A stretch of DNA of 56,095 bases, taken from positions 1 through 56,095 of the IMG/VR virus record IMGVR_UViG_3300050035_000720. One strand, written 5' to 3'. Source of the stretch: a virus (Duplodnaviria; Caudoviricetes). A model generated the notes under the pieces. It ran no database searches. It worked only from the letters and a program-made list of their open reading frames with translations, and was not told the DNA's origin. Every line of letters starts with the position of its first letter. Positions within the stretch are counted from its first letter, which is position 1. This document shows positions 19,301 through 26,057 of this stretch, in pieces. A program made the position numbers and the translations under genes.

Positions 19301-20178
19301 CCGCCAGGTTCGGCGCCAGCCAACGGAGCAACATCGCCCTTCAAGTGCGCCTGCGACAATTCGGGCGTGATATCCTGTGTCGGCAACTCCCCGCGCTGGG
19401 TACGGTAGATTGACTCAAGCCCCATCAATGCGTGAAGAACTCCGCCAGTCTCTATTGGCTTCTTTGTGGGTCCATTAAATGCGCCTGGATAAACAATTGA
19501 TTTGCCTCGCATAGCGGTGTCTATTGCATCAGACGTGATACTTCCAGCAAGGTTTAACGCACCCGTTCCCAATCCTTCAATTCCCTTCACTATCGGCGGC
19601 ACTGATGGTACATCCATCGTGTAGCCTGCGATTGTTTCGGGATGTGTAGATCCCGGCTTGAAATCGTTTATAATGTCAGTAGCGACTTCGCCAAATGAAG
19701 GTAAGCCCGCTGAGACATGGTGACCTGCTATCTTAGGCTGATGTACCTGTCTCACTTCGTTATTTACATTACTCTGGAACTGCGTAGCCATACGAGACGC
19801 TTCGCTATTGTTAGACGCCCACGGAATGCCGCCGCCTGCAGTACTGGGTGTCATTCCGTGCGGAGTGTTTCCCGCAATTGGATCGTTGCTATTGCTTCGG
19901 TACGGATTGTTATCGGCAATGATCTGGGACGGTGTGCGCTGCGGCGGTGCGCCAGACTGAACCGAATATCCTCTTTGATTTAGTTCAGTGTCTGTAAATG
20001 TCGGTGTAACAGGAGGCGGTGCTCCGCTCTTCACCAAAAGGCCAAGTTTCGCAAAATCAGCATCACTCATCCCGGATGTTGCCTGAGGTTGCGACTGCGG
20101 AGGGGCACCGTCCCTCACTGTATAGCCTTTTGACTGAAGCAACTCGTCGTTGATTGTTATTGGTCCAGTAGTTGACAT
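10399..20178 (-). CDS. Giant polyvalent (DarB-like) internal virion/ejection protein, 3259 aa
   Basis: ParB-like domain (AVNGHNRL), BECR RNase-like domain, ART-like domain (MYHGT..GAYFT..YDGI..QIKS), two HExxH motifs (HEAAH, HEFAH); third and largest gene of the ejection-protein cluster. Confidence 0.85.
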   Translation of the reverse strand: MSTTGPITINDELLQSKGYTVRDGAPPQSQPQATSGMSDADFAKLGLLVKSGAPPPVTPTFTDTELNQRGYSVQSGAPPQRTPSQIIADNNPYRSNSNDPIAGNTPHGMTPSTAGGGIPWASNNSEASRMATQFQSNVNNEVRQVHQPKIAGHHVSAGLPSFGEVATDIINDFKPGSTHPETIAGYTMDVPSVPPIVKGIEGLGTGALNLAGSITSDAIDTAMRGKSIVYPGAFNGPTKKPIETGGVLHALMGLESIYRTQRGELPTQDITPELSQAHLKGDVAPLAGAEPGGVLYNATSRIGQSADAGVLQAIKAGGRSINGTYGQEYRADPAGFLANTGMVVGGSALGAALRIMDAPAALNRTIITNNAQINALRAAGDTESLAKAQLLVDTNNRLQFLASSGIPNLKGKLLRAFSTKGERTTIEPESGVAPEADPINKPLVLPNSTIASSATTIHVNPTWYKAPLNGIHSLPEGVEVYKSVRNADGSVSQQLSHELTQNTEQVLGISKTTAPPLKTSSVAAMQEAEAKANVPEAPKPINSLGSVLKATKERAQGIQSAKEAAQAASNTALGASAAEHTNDPLSAFEPSQAAANNLDDAFSNPDSVLVSHAKFAASNGKPVQITSTADIANALVESGIPQDGARAVSTLVDAYLNTRAAKTGESPSQYLEANLRGVVPGETLTAKTTEGQQLVDNINNAVKEHAAQPQTDDLFADSTASKHEVASGQPVAAFANVPTSSIQVDPDRFQYKIIKGHGGQTGSLSSVKSWNPNSAGALQVWRDPADGQTYAVNGHNRLALANRLGVKNVNVQYLDAATPGEARAHGALVNIAEGQGTAVDAAQFFRDSKMTPQEISDQGIPLKGKVAEQGIALSQLHPSIFSKVVRGEIPAERASIIGSKLPNPDDQLLLTRRMDDLEKSGKEPTNGQISEMADSIAGAPRGAAGVSTPNMFGDDATPADKSLFFERASVADYIRRQLGRTANVLKTAGNTANAEAFATGKNVIDAETSAQKAHETNQAQEIFDRTKNSSGPVSDILDEASRRLGKGESPNVVKQDALNKFRTAAPDIIRSLGQRTTGDTATTAAAGEPVGEGAAIHPQSAAGAMGTAGTVIPTEEEDHVTGQLFQRAPTGSLFGDDNVEDFRLQPPTEKPTANTKAIPNGVTGRLQFEDEVHPFQSDERIPQTIRDVIGNAERQSDGSLSASGNVKNAARAKINGKWVNYGAQMTVSDMEKAAANGHGQVLHGANGDITYNLVDGDHHLTAIVSPDGKTRVYVRSNVGAAEPNSGFSGTLFQKSPFGEGEDHYVPGLGGVTFITDSLGNHRIRNGESLNMPISQDVRNILIPKQITEWSQDPRGYIADRLGKLYDLAVGQKGKSGVSSKNAKMPIAIVDHELANRIRGAVGLETEGSTLVADTSTVHHSNKGGPNRGVEDEHEENRVHMTREDFTHIYDVIKDADTIEKGKNTVQGGTVPAIVFKKQIGKRIEIVTGVSEGKKLVFTATVKAYDEGTSAPKQRATSKTEGVAHTSTDDGSARSSSLANPDIPQSDEKLFQKPSQVNTPQFKKWFLRSRIVDDQQQPKVMYHGTGGARHSEFDTTNYAGDNHLLYGSGAYFTDSPKTASGYAETTKGSITSADKAAYYSEGRIVRSYGGFDKIVKGYDPKTGYVTGVRVNRDGSPIAGEKPRTYGVSIDNENTNDIKQALGKGKGVYPVHLSIKNPFDIDKSIGLDGAKSIVKALKEKGLPESLLYDNNISPLSTGKDLYKVLCRHLGDKWDVREVLEKAGYDGITHIGGSITGGEPHNVAIAFNGTQIKSAIGNNGNFDPNDPNILHQSAPFNKPYDYADKFTPEALDWASSKKFGDVESPRTLGDYLKGPKIRELFKDVLNTRITNLPNEDPVLRGAYGLYDHNWKDITTAHDMDEHGPLHTILHEAAHALQDKKGRLTDEGAQHLYNGDYNAYRNSPNEVNARKLADYAYYHLQEDGKPLFQKGSEPAAGAGPSEIIDAIKGNKYSQLGPDGEKGSIQWSRKDGQALIKLYQSADVSTAAHEFAHFFRKSLTPDLLARAEDYYGIKNGEWTTDHEENFARDFEAYLANGKAPRPQLQEVFDNFKGWLTDIYKNTIDSPIAGELHPTMKTLFDDMLGGKGHESITGEPTSDSPLASSPVMAGGSGAKSPMFNWKFGTPNLQDLANAVRNAKPAVRNTFDAAGSYLKKHASPETTSRFQELGAVTARTNVLMKHAMGDVVHALGTSADLDRFGKVLTESRLRGVRARWQSLTANARAANPEDLVTRDNKGTIVALDDKYAEPIEALGSGGGRWSNIAAQLHSQIEYANETGDLTHLNNFVASTMNRASKNVPTMFGNPLHYDNTVNDPKFKTALQIYKDRIEPHIAESHASNEGVFSQDLGPLKTYYPLSVFKQDGSLRPVGTPSPAMEPAENIHNRFATGQAEQYDSTPGALASKVSGLLRRNSQAAFVRGIVNDGLTVDPSDEAQMQRITTVSKKDQYGNSHDQATIDVGGVKYPASLAAIEYGGRKVGADGVPFSTKGKSVYVPNWLKKESGPVLTHDYERWGSDDDTPENILSRAATTISLAAPQAGVAHVFNLSYGFIKSAGPNLVHILGGECGVQNMAKRFAQVANNDPDRNAVALQEMARSGALSDRYGSLTNDPKVAELLGTKPVSGVTVGNTRLATNPKFLLFGDRGMDVRTRIALYRSAKAMVGLDPDAPLPTNPNGSYQDPEMAAQLAKYVTDTVGQYNRVLQNSVVRGLVKHPLGNPFAVAGTTFMKQGIEANTRFWDVNTLPTKGVALGRQVANKMFEQAIAGPVALIGTWAALYAIQTGHLPFDDKKSRFLTVPVGTDTRLGKAFPGVSDVIGKLENAQKGQEPGVSTAIMNPTVSRGLNALGVRNAYNAYQEGATPGMVGEEALRGQINGLSQPFTSGPLLNDILAAGGITPYLSSLRDRSSGQNVPQFEHTLPPSEPGYANQVENRALSVAATANPVAGALLGKAGYGSNADYTPKGQSPMSGSAQFAKNIVNTFLPRGLTQPATDMTGLGLADTAAAAHKAVIQPGVNATIQDIVQRHQKGEDVSAEAGQLIRSGHASKMQIEDSLRDAVSNPVVTKFRELPLAAEQTFYQNASTQDQQLLKPYLEQKLQRSPIALTPEQQAIIDRNAPGQGTSYASASPAAVNAEMRTAPQPAQMIQAVNALPISQVLQAYQQQPVQLRQTWRPFIMQRVLAAIRSREATPADAMLANRLGIMGQLSRPK

Positions 20179-21819
20179 TTATTTTCTCGTTATGTAGTGT
20201 CCGGAGTAAGAGCCGTCTTGATTGAACAGTTTTAGGTAGGGACCTTCTGGCACTACTGAATACTGTTTTCCGTTATAGGTGACCTGCTGTCCTTGCGATC
20301 CACTCATTGCGCTGTGCGCAGTCCTCGCAATCGCCGGATGTACTGGCGGAGCTGATGGAACGTTCGGATGTGGAACAGCGGAGCCTGGTATCCCTGACGG
20401 AGTCACGACCGGAAACGGTCTGATTGTTTGGCCATTTGGATCAGTCCCCTGCGTGGCAGGCGAAGACACATTAGAACCGCCTCCAGTATCTAGTGAAGAT
20501 CCAGACTTTCCGAGCCTTGCGGTAACAACAGTTATCGCCTGACTAAGCAACGACTGATAGGCAGCTACCTCTTTTGGATTCGCAAGAGGATCATTGATTA
20601 CCTTGCTGGCAAGGGTCATCGTATTCATTGCACTTCTGAAACTACCGTCCTGGTCTTTTGAATAAATATCAGCTATACGTGCCTGAGTCAAATTATCGGT
20701 AACGCCCATACTAGTCAGCGTCTGTTTAAGAAGCGTTGTTCGATCAGCAAGGTTTCCCTGTGCGATTGAGAGCAACCCTTGACGATAGCCCGGTATCGAT
20801 GCTGCAGCTGTTGTTTGGGCGTCGTACAGATTCTCCTTTGCTTTATCAAGAGAAGGCAGCATATTTGCCTGAACTTTCTTCAATGCGCCTTCATTCTGCC
20901 AAAGTGCAATCTGTGCCGCGTCCCTTGGGGCTATGAAGGGCAGATTTGCTAAAATAGTTTGAGTTTTTGCCCCTGTCTCCTTGACGTCCGCGTCTCCAAT
21001 TTTTGCGTAAGTTTGTGCTCTAGAAGCGGATGCATCAGCCGATATTGTTCCGTTGTTAGCTGTTACCGTGCCATTGTCAGCCTTTTGCTGGTCTATAGAG
21101 AGCAGCCCACCCTTTTGCGGTCCCTGGTTCATCCAGTCCGGAGTAGTCGACGTGGTCATCGAACTGGGCATAGGCGCCAGACCAGGCGCAGTACTCCTTG
21201 GCTGCGGAACAGGTCCAGGTATTCCAATCTGCGGCATACCGCGCGCAGCAATTGGAGGGTGATAGTCCAATCCTGTGATTGGCGGTGTCGTAGGTATCGT
21301 AGCAGGACCTGGCGAAACATTTGAAGGCATCGGCGCTAAAAGTCCAGCCGGTCCACTCGTATAGTTGTTCGTTCCTGTAATTGGAGCTGTGCCTGGTACA
21401 GTCCGTGGAATACTCGCAAAAGCTCCCATTGGCGTTGAGTCTACCGAAGGGGGTAACGGTGTAGGCATTCCGTCAGATCCAGGATAACCAGGAATGGGTT
21501 GATTGGACCCGAGAGATCTTCCGTAGTCCATAATCTGTCCAGGAGTTAATCCATAGGCTGTTCCGAGTTTTTCGGCTGTTCCGGCATCGGCCGCAGCTGC
21601 TCGAATAAGTGCTGGATCAACGCCGCGAAGCCTTGCTTCCGCAATGCCTGTAGCATTCCTCTGCTCCATCCAATCACCGTAAGCCTGGTTCTTCTGAATT
21701 TCACTCTGGTTCAGAGCGGCTTGTTGCCTGATCTGCGTGCCATGTTCCAAGCCTGAGTCAAAGCCAGTTAATGCCGCACCAAGCCCTGCGATCGGGCCGC
21801 CTAATGTGTTAAGTGACAT
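20179..21819 (-). CDS. Putative DNA ejection protein
   Basis: N-terminal GLGAALTGF helix, Pro-rich linker and helical body; lies between the pilot-like and giant proteins. Confidence 0.6.
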   Translation of the reverse strand: MSLNTLGGPIAGLGAALTGFDSGLEHGTQIRQQAALNQSEIQKNQAYGDWMEQRNATGIAEARLRGVDPALIRAAAADAGTAEKLGTAYGLTPGQIMDYGRSLGSNQPIPGYPGSDGMPTPLPPSVDSTPMGAFASIPRTVPGTAPITGTNNYTSGPAGLLAPMPSNVSPGPATIPTTPPITGLDYHPPIAARGMPQIGIPGPVPQPRSTAPGLAPMPSSMTTSTTPDWMNQGPQKGGLLSIDQQKADNGTVTANNGTISADASASRAQTYAKIGDADVKETGAKTQTILANLPFIAPRDAAQIALWQNEGALKKVQANMLPSLDKAKENLYDAQTTAAASIPGYRQGLLSIAQGNLADRTTLLKQTLTSMGVTDNLTQARIADIYSKDQDGSFRSAMNTMTLASKVINDPLANPKEVAAYQSLLSQAITVVTARLGKSGSSLDTGGGSNVSSPATQGTDPNGQTIRPFPVVTPSGIPGSAVPHPNVPSAPPVHPAIARTAHSAMSGSQGQQVTYNGKQYSVVPEGPYLKLFNQDGSYSGHYITRK

Positions 21820-21828
21820 AGTTTTTCC

Positions 21829-22569
21829 TTAGACCAGTGATCCGAGACCTGCAAGGCTTCCGCCGAATGAAGTGATTCCGCCATAACCAGCGTTTTGCGC
21901 TTGCTGAGCGGTTTGCGTATTCTGTATCTCCTGCTGTCCCTCGTTCAGATAATCGTTACCAGCCTGACTGGATAGCTCTCCTCCAGAACTTAAAGCACCC
22001 GTACCCTCACTGCTGGCCTGCCCCTGGGCAGACTGCGCTGCAGAGTTGGCTGTCATAAGATTGTTCAGATGCTGCCGCATCATGTCCCATGTATTGGTGT
22101 TGTTTATACTTGCGTCAGATGCAGCCTGGGTTGCCGCGACATCAGCCTGGCCGCCTGCAACTGCAGAACTGTTTCCGCCGGCGGATGCGACGCCGCGAGC
22201 TCCGGCATCAGCAAGCACTTTGGCATCCGCAGATTGGAACTGTTTGTCGTTGTTTGTCTGATTGTCGAGAGCTTCCATCTGCGTGTTGGTCATGCCCGTG
22301 GTAGGGTTGGCCGTGTCAGACAGAAGATTGGAGAGTGTGCTGTTTTCAGTATTCTGCAGTGTATTCGCTTGTCCGACCTGCGATTGTCCATACTGGCTGA
22401 GATCGGCACCGTCAGAGGCTTCCTGCGCATATCCTGAGTTCGCCTGAGACGAGTACGGATTGGTAACAGTCTGTACGCCGCCGCTTACAAGTGGCAACAA
22501 TGCACCCAGTGCACCAATGCCGACGCCTACCGAGCCAGCAGTTGTAGATAATGGATTTGATCCTGCCAT
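21829..22569 (-). CDS. Putative ejection/pilot protein (P22 gp7-like position)
   Basis: Hydrophobic Gly-rich termini around an A/Q/N/S-rich helical core. Confidence 0.6.
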   Translation of the reverse strand: MAGSNPLSTTAGSVGVGIGALGALLPLVSGGVQTVTNPYSSQANSGYAQEASDGADLSQYGQSQVGQANTLQNTENSTLSNLLSDTANPTTGMTNTQMEALDNQTNNDKQFQSADAKVLADAGARGVASAGGNSSAVAGGQADVAATQAASDASINNTNTWDMMRQHLNNLMTANSAAQSAQGQASSEGTGALSSGGELSSQAGNDYLNEGQQEIQNTQTAQQAQNAGYGGITSFGGSLAGLGSLV

Positions 22570-22583
22570 GGTGTTTAACCTTC

Positions 22584-25500
22584 CTAATATTCAGGTGCAG
22601 TTTTCGATATGTCGAGAGCTAGAAATCGTACTGCAAATTGTCCACTCGTGATTGATGCGGAGATACCGGCAAAAAGTTGCGTGCCGGACAAACCCGGAGC
22701 GAGAGACCAACGGAACTTGTGTTTCCCGCCAGCGGCCGCGTATGTGTTGCTTTGGTACGTCGGGTCTCCAGCAGCGTTGTCGTCGTCAGCAAAGGCAAAT
22801 GTGGTGACCGTGCAGCCAGAAGAAGGGATACGAACCTCTGTGTAGTATTCAGTCGCAACGGTGTCCAGCAGTGCTGCCAGCCCAACTTCCATTGACGGAG
22901 AGTACGAAGCAACTTCCTCCCCCATGCCTCTTGACGTTACAGAAGCGACGATCGGAATTACCGCCCCACCTATACTGGTATAGTCTCCTGTACCCGGCGA
23001 GTAAGTATAGATTTGGCCGTCGAGTCCGCCCATGTAAACGCAATCTCCATCCGAGGATGCGACAAGGCTGCAGCCAGATGTCATTCCAACAGGATAGATC
23101 CACTGCGTCCATGCATTCTCGATGAAGTCGAACACCCAGTCTACCGAGTTGTTACTGCCACCGGCCACAGGAGCCAGTAGGTGCAATCTGCCCTGATACA
23201 CAAACATCGCAGAAAGTGCAGCAGCTGCAGCGCTAACTGTTGCTTCACCAGCGTTCCCAGATGGATGCAATTGCGGCCCAATCTCTATACTTCGTCGATC
23301 TACTGTGTCACCGTTGAACTGGTATACAGAGTCCGGACCAAGAAACAGAATTTGGTTATTGTATGCCACTGTCCCTCTCGGAGCTATGCAACCGTTTCCA
23401 GCGTCGACCAGATAACTCTGTAGTACAAAGTTCGATGGATCGTAGCCTTGCATAAGTCCGCATGACTTAGATTTGAATGCGACGAGCTGCGTGTCGAGTG
23501 CGACTAGGCTACGTATCGGATCGTTGTCACCCGGTCTTATATCGTCGGCAAATCCTTTAATGATACAGTTTGGATCAGTACTCGAATCATTGGTATCACT
23601 GATGTAGATGCCATTCTGTGCGTCTGCGATAAGGCTCCAGGATAGCGAGAGTGTTTCGTCACTGCCAAAGGCTATACGGTTGTCCCAGTAGGCCATACAT
23701 GTGACGCCTGCAGGAATTAAGTCTCTGCTAAGCTGTAATGTCAACGCTTGGTTTAGATAACTATCCGGGGTATTGTCTGTGACGGCGCGAGTCGAATGCT
23801 TCCACGTAACAAACGGATTTTCCAGGTCGCAAGCCAGGTTGTCACCAGCGAAATTCCCGCTTGCACCGGAACTTCCGGCTGTTCCCGCCGAACTGTTGAG
23901 GACCCATGCAGTGCCGGATATCCCCACGATTTGATAGAGTCCTGCGGTAAATCCAGTTGGCACCGGCGCATTGATCATCACCGTCTGTCCGACGTCAGTA
24001 GTTACTGCAGGCCTGGTCGCACTGTGCATCTGCATCGGCTGTCCAGCGGGGATTGAGAAGTCAGTTAAATCGATAGGTGCCAGCACGTCATAAGCCTTCG
24101 GTAATGTGCCGATCACTCTAAACTGTCCATCGTCATACGTACCGCCTCGTCGCCCTACCCTGACGTAATCAGCCAATGGATTGATGAACTGCGGAATAGT
24201 AATCAGCCCTGTCGCTTGGTCAATAGTCGCCGTCAGTGCGTTTGACGTCGGGCTGTAGAATGTCTCAATTGGATCTGAAAGCGTGAAATCTCCAACGCTG
24301 TAAACTTCCTCAAAAGCATAAGTAACATCAGTAAATCCAATTGGCAAATTCCCGCTAGACACTATGGAGTTGATCGTAAACATCGCGGACGTACTAACAG
24401 TTGTAGTTAGATCGGCAGTAAACTCTATGCTGAAATACCGGAAAGCCGAGAGAATGCTGGCTGGGATTGCATTTGAAACGTCCGTGCCAACATAGGTAAA
24501 GGATGTGTCGAATGTCAGCGGTGACGAATCATAGTCAACCGTTGCGCCGTCTTGCCGGAAAACAAACTGCATAGCCATGCCTGCAGTCACAAGATCGCTG
24601 ATCGTGAGCGCGCCGCCTGTGCTGGATGTGCCAATATTGAGAGCAACAACAGGGCAACTCGACCAGTTCAGAATGTTTCCCGGACCGGAGTCATAAGTGA
24701 TCCGTGTGCCATTCAGTGCGCCGAAATAACCAGATGAAGGCTCCAGGTGGGACAGTGCCATCGAACTATTGGCTCCTTGGGCTATGGTAAAACCGTTCGG
24801 AACTGGTGCCCATACTGGATTTGCAGCATAAACCCATCCGTGCCCAGTCGGGTAGTTTGTGGCCGCGCCGCCGATGAACAATTTAACTCCCGCAATCGGA
24901 GCAGTAAGGTCGGAGAAATCAAGTATAAAATCACAGAACTGGCCCGGTGTTTGTCCACCGTTCTGCGGTATGAATGTCTTGGTACATGGTGCTCCAAGTT
25001 GAACAGTGCAGTACACATCGCTGTAGGCTGTAAGTGTGACGGCGAAACCCTGTTTAGAGGAGGTGTCTGTCGTGTAATAGTTGAAACCCACATAAAACTG
25101 TGAGCATGATCTATAAGCATCCGGAGCCTCAAGCGTAGGGGACTGGTAGTATATAGACTGCCCACCGTTAATGACTGCGCCATTTTGGAAGATAAAGCCT
25201 TCGCCAGCATTATCAAATTGCATCCAGGATGAAGTGGTTATGCCGTTGATCGAGCCGTAAGACGATGGAAGCCCTTCAGTGTTTATAGGCTCCACGGCAG
25301 GATTAGCACCTGTCGAGAGCATAACGGAGTTGGTCTGTACACCAGATGTTATGCTGCCGTCTTGGTTGTAATATCCGGACGTATAGCCTCCGCTATTGCC
25401 TATAGCGTTGAGAGCCTTTTGCACAACGTTCAATCCGCCCTGATAAAAGTAGTTACCTGTTTCAAGGTTAAAGCCCGGCAGGCAATTTGTAATAGCTCCA

Positions 25501-26057
25501 CTCCACGAGTCTTGGCTCCAATTTGACAGAGACGCAAGTGACAAAAGCGGCTGACTAGTGAGCGCTGCGACAGGAGCACTTGTTGGCGGGTTTAACGCTG
25601 TGACCGCTGCGGCCGTGCTTGTGGCTAGATTGGTTCGGTAGACATTCGCCCCGCCCCAGCAGAAGTAGGCGTAGCTACCACCCTGAACCGCACGAAATGC
25701 CGAGGCATTAATCGAAAAATGAGCATTGCCGTTGGTCGCGTCGAGGATTTCTGTCGGTGTTCCGCCGGCCTTTGTTACCTGCCAAATGGTTCCACCAGTA
25801 GTATTACCTGGAACACCCACGGCATAGATGAGCCATTCTGATCCATCCGATTTGACATAAGGAAACCCGGTATAGCAAGCTTGTCCAGTATGAGCGGCCG
25901 TCAGTATGGCATTAACGCCCGGTCGACTGTAATAGTCGCCACCCTGGGCGTAGACGTTACTAGCCTGGATTGTCTTGCCCGGGGAAATGGAATACAATCC
26001 GCCTGGATCGGTCCGAACATCAATACCGGAAAAGTTACGGGCAGATACGACTGGCAT
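22584..26057 (-). CDS. Tail nozzle/hub protein (P22 gp10 / T7 gp12-like) with large central insertion
   Basis: N-terminal FSG...NV...SRPG; C-terminal propeller motifs GCIAPRGTV..ILFLGPDSVYQFNG and VFDFIENAWTQW. Confidence 0.7.
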   Translation of the reverse strand: MPVVSARNFSGIDVRTDPGGLYSISPGKTIQASNVYAQGGDYYSRPGVNAILTAAHTGQACYTGFPYVKSDGSEWLIYAVGVPGNTTGGTIWQVTKAGGTPTEILDATNGNAHFSINASAFRAVQGGSYAYFCWGGANVYRTNLATSTAAAVTALNPPTSAPVAALTSQPLLSLASLSNWSQDSWSGAITNCLPGFNLETGNYFYQGGLNVVQKALNAIGNSGGYTSGYYNQDGSITSGVQTNSVMLSTGANPAVEPINTEGLPSSYGSINGITTSSWMQFDNAGEGFIFQNGAVINGGQSIYYQSPTLEAPDAYRSCSQFYVGFNYYTTDTSSKQGFAVTLTAYSDVYCTVQLGAPCTKTFIPQNGGQTPGQFCDFILDFSDLTAPIAGVKLFIGGAATNYPTGHGWVYAANPVWAPVPNGFTIAQGANSSMALSHLEPSSGYFGALNGTRITYDSGPGNILNWSSCPVVALNIGTSSTGGALTISDLVTAGMAMQFVFRQDGATVDYDSSPLTFDTSFTYVGTDVSNAIPASILSAFRYFSIEFTADLTTTVSTSAMFTINSIVSSGNLPIGFTDVTYAFEEVYSVGDFTLSDPIETFYSPTSNALTATIDQATGLITIPQFINPLADYVRVGRRGGTYDDGQFRVIGTLPKAYDVLAPIDLTDFSIPAGQPMQMHSATRPAVTTDVGQTVMINAPVPTGFTAGLYQIVGISGTAWVLNSSAGTAGSSGASGNFAGDNLACDLENPFVTWKHSTRAVTDNTPDSYLNQALTLQLSRDLIPAGVTCMAYWDNRIAFGSDETLSLSWSLIADAQNGIYISDTNDSSTDPNCIIKGFADDIRPGDNDPIRSLVALDTQLVAFKSKSCGLMQGYDPSNFVLQSYLVDAGNGCIAPRGTVAYNNQILFLGPDSVYQFNGDTVDRRSIEIGPQLHPSGNAGEATVSAAAAALSAMFVYQGRLHLLAPVAGGSNNSVDWVFDFIENAWTQWIYPVGMTSGCSLVASSDGDCVYMGGLDGQIYTYSPGTGDYTSIGGAVIPIVASVTSRGMGEEVASYSPSMEVGLAALLDTVATEYYTEVRIPSSGCTVTTFAFADDDNAAGDPTYQSNTYAAAGGKHKFRWSLAPGLSGTQLFAGISASITSGQFAVRFLALDISKTAPEY

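Noticed and set aside
10399-20178. Giant ORF as an N4-type virion RNA polymerase or a tape measure protein
   Set aside because: No polymerase motifs or tape-measure periodicity recognised; the domain content is polyvalent and there are no tube or sheath genes.
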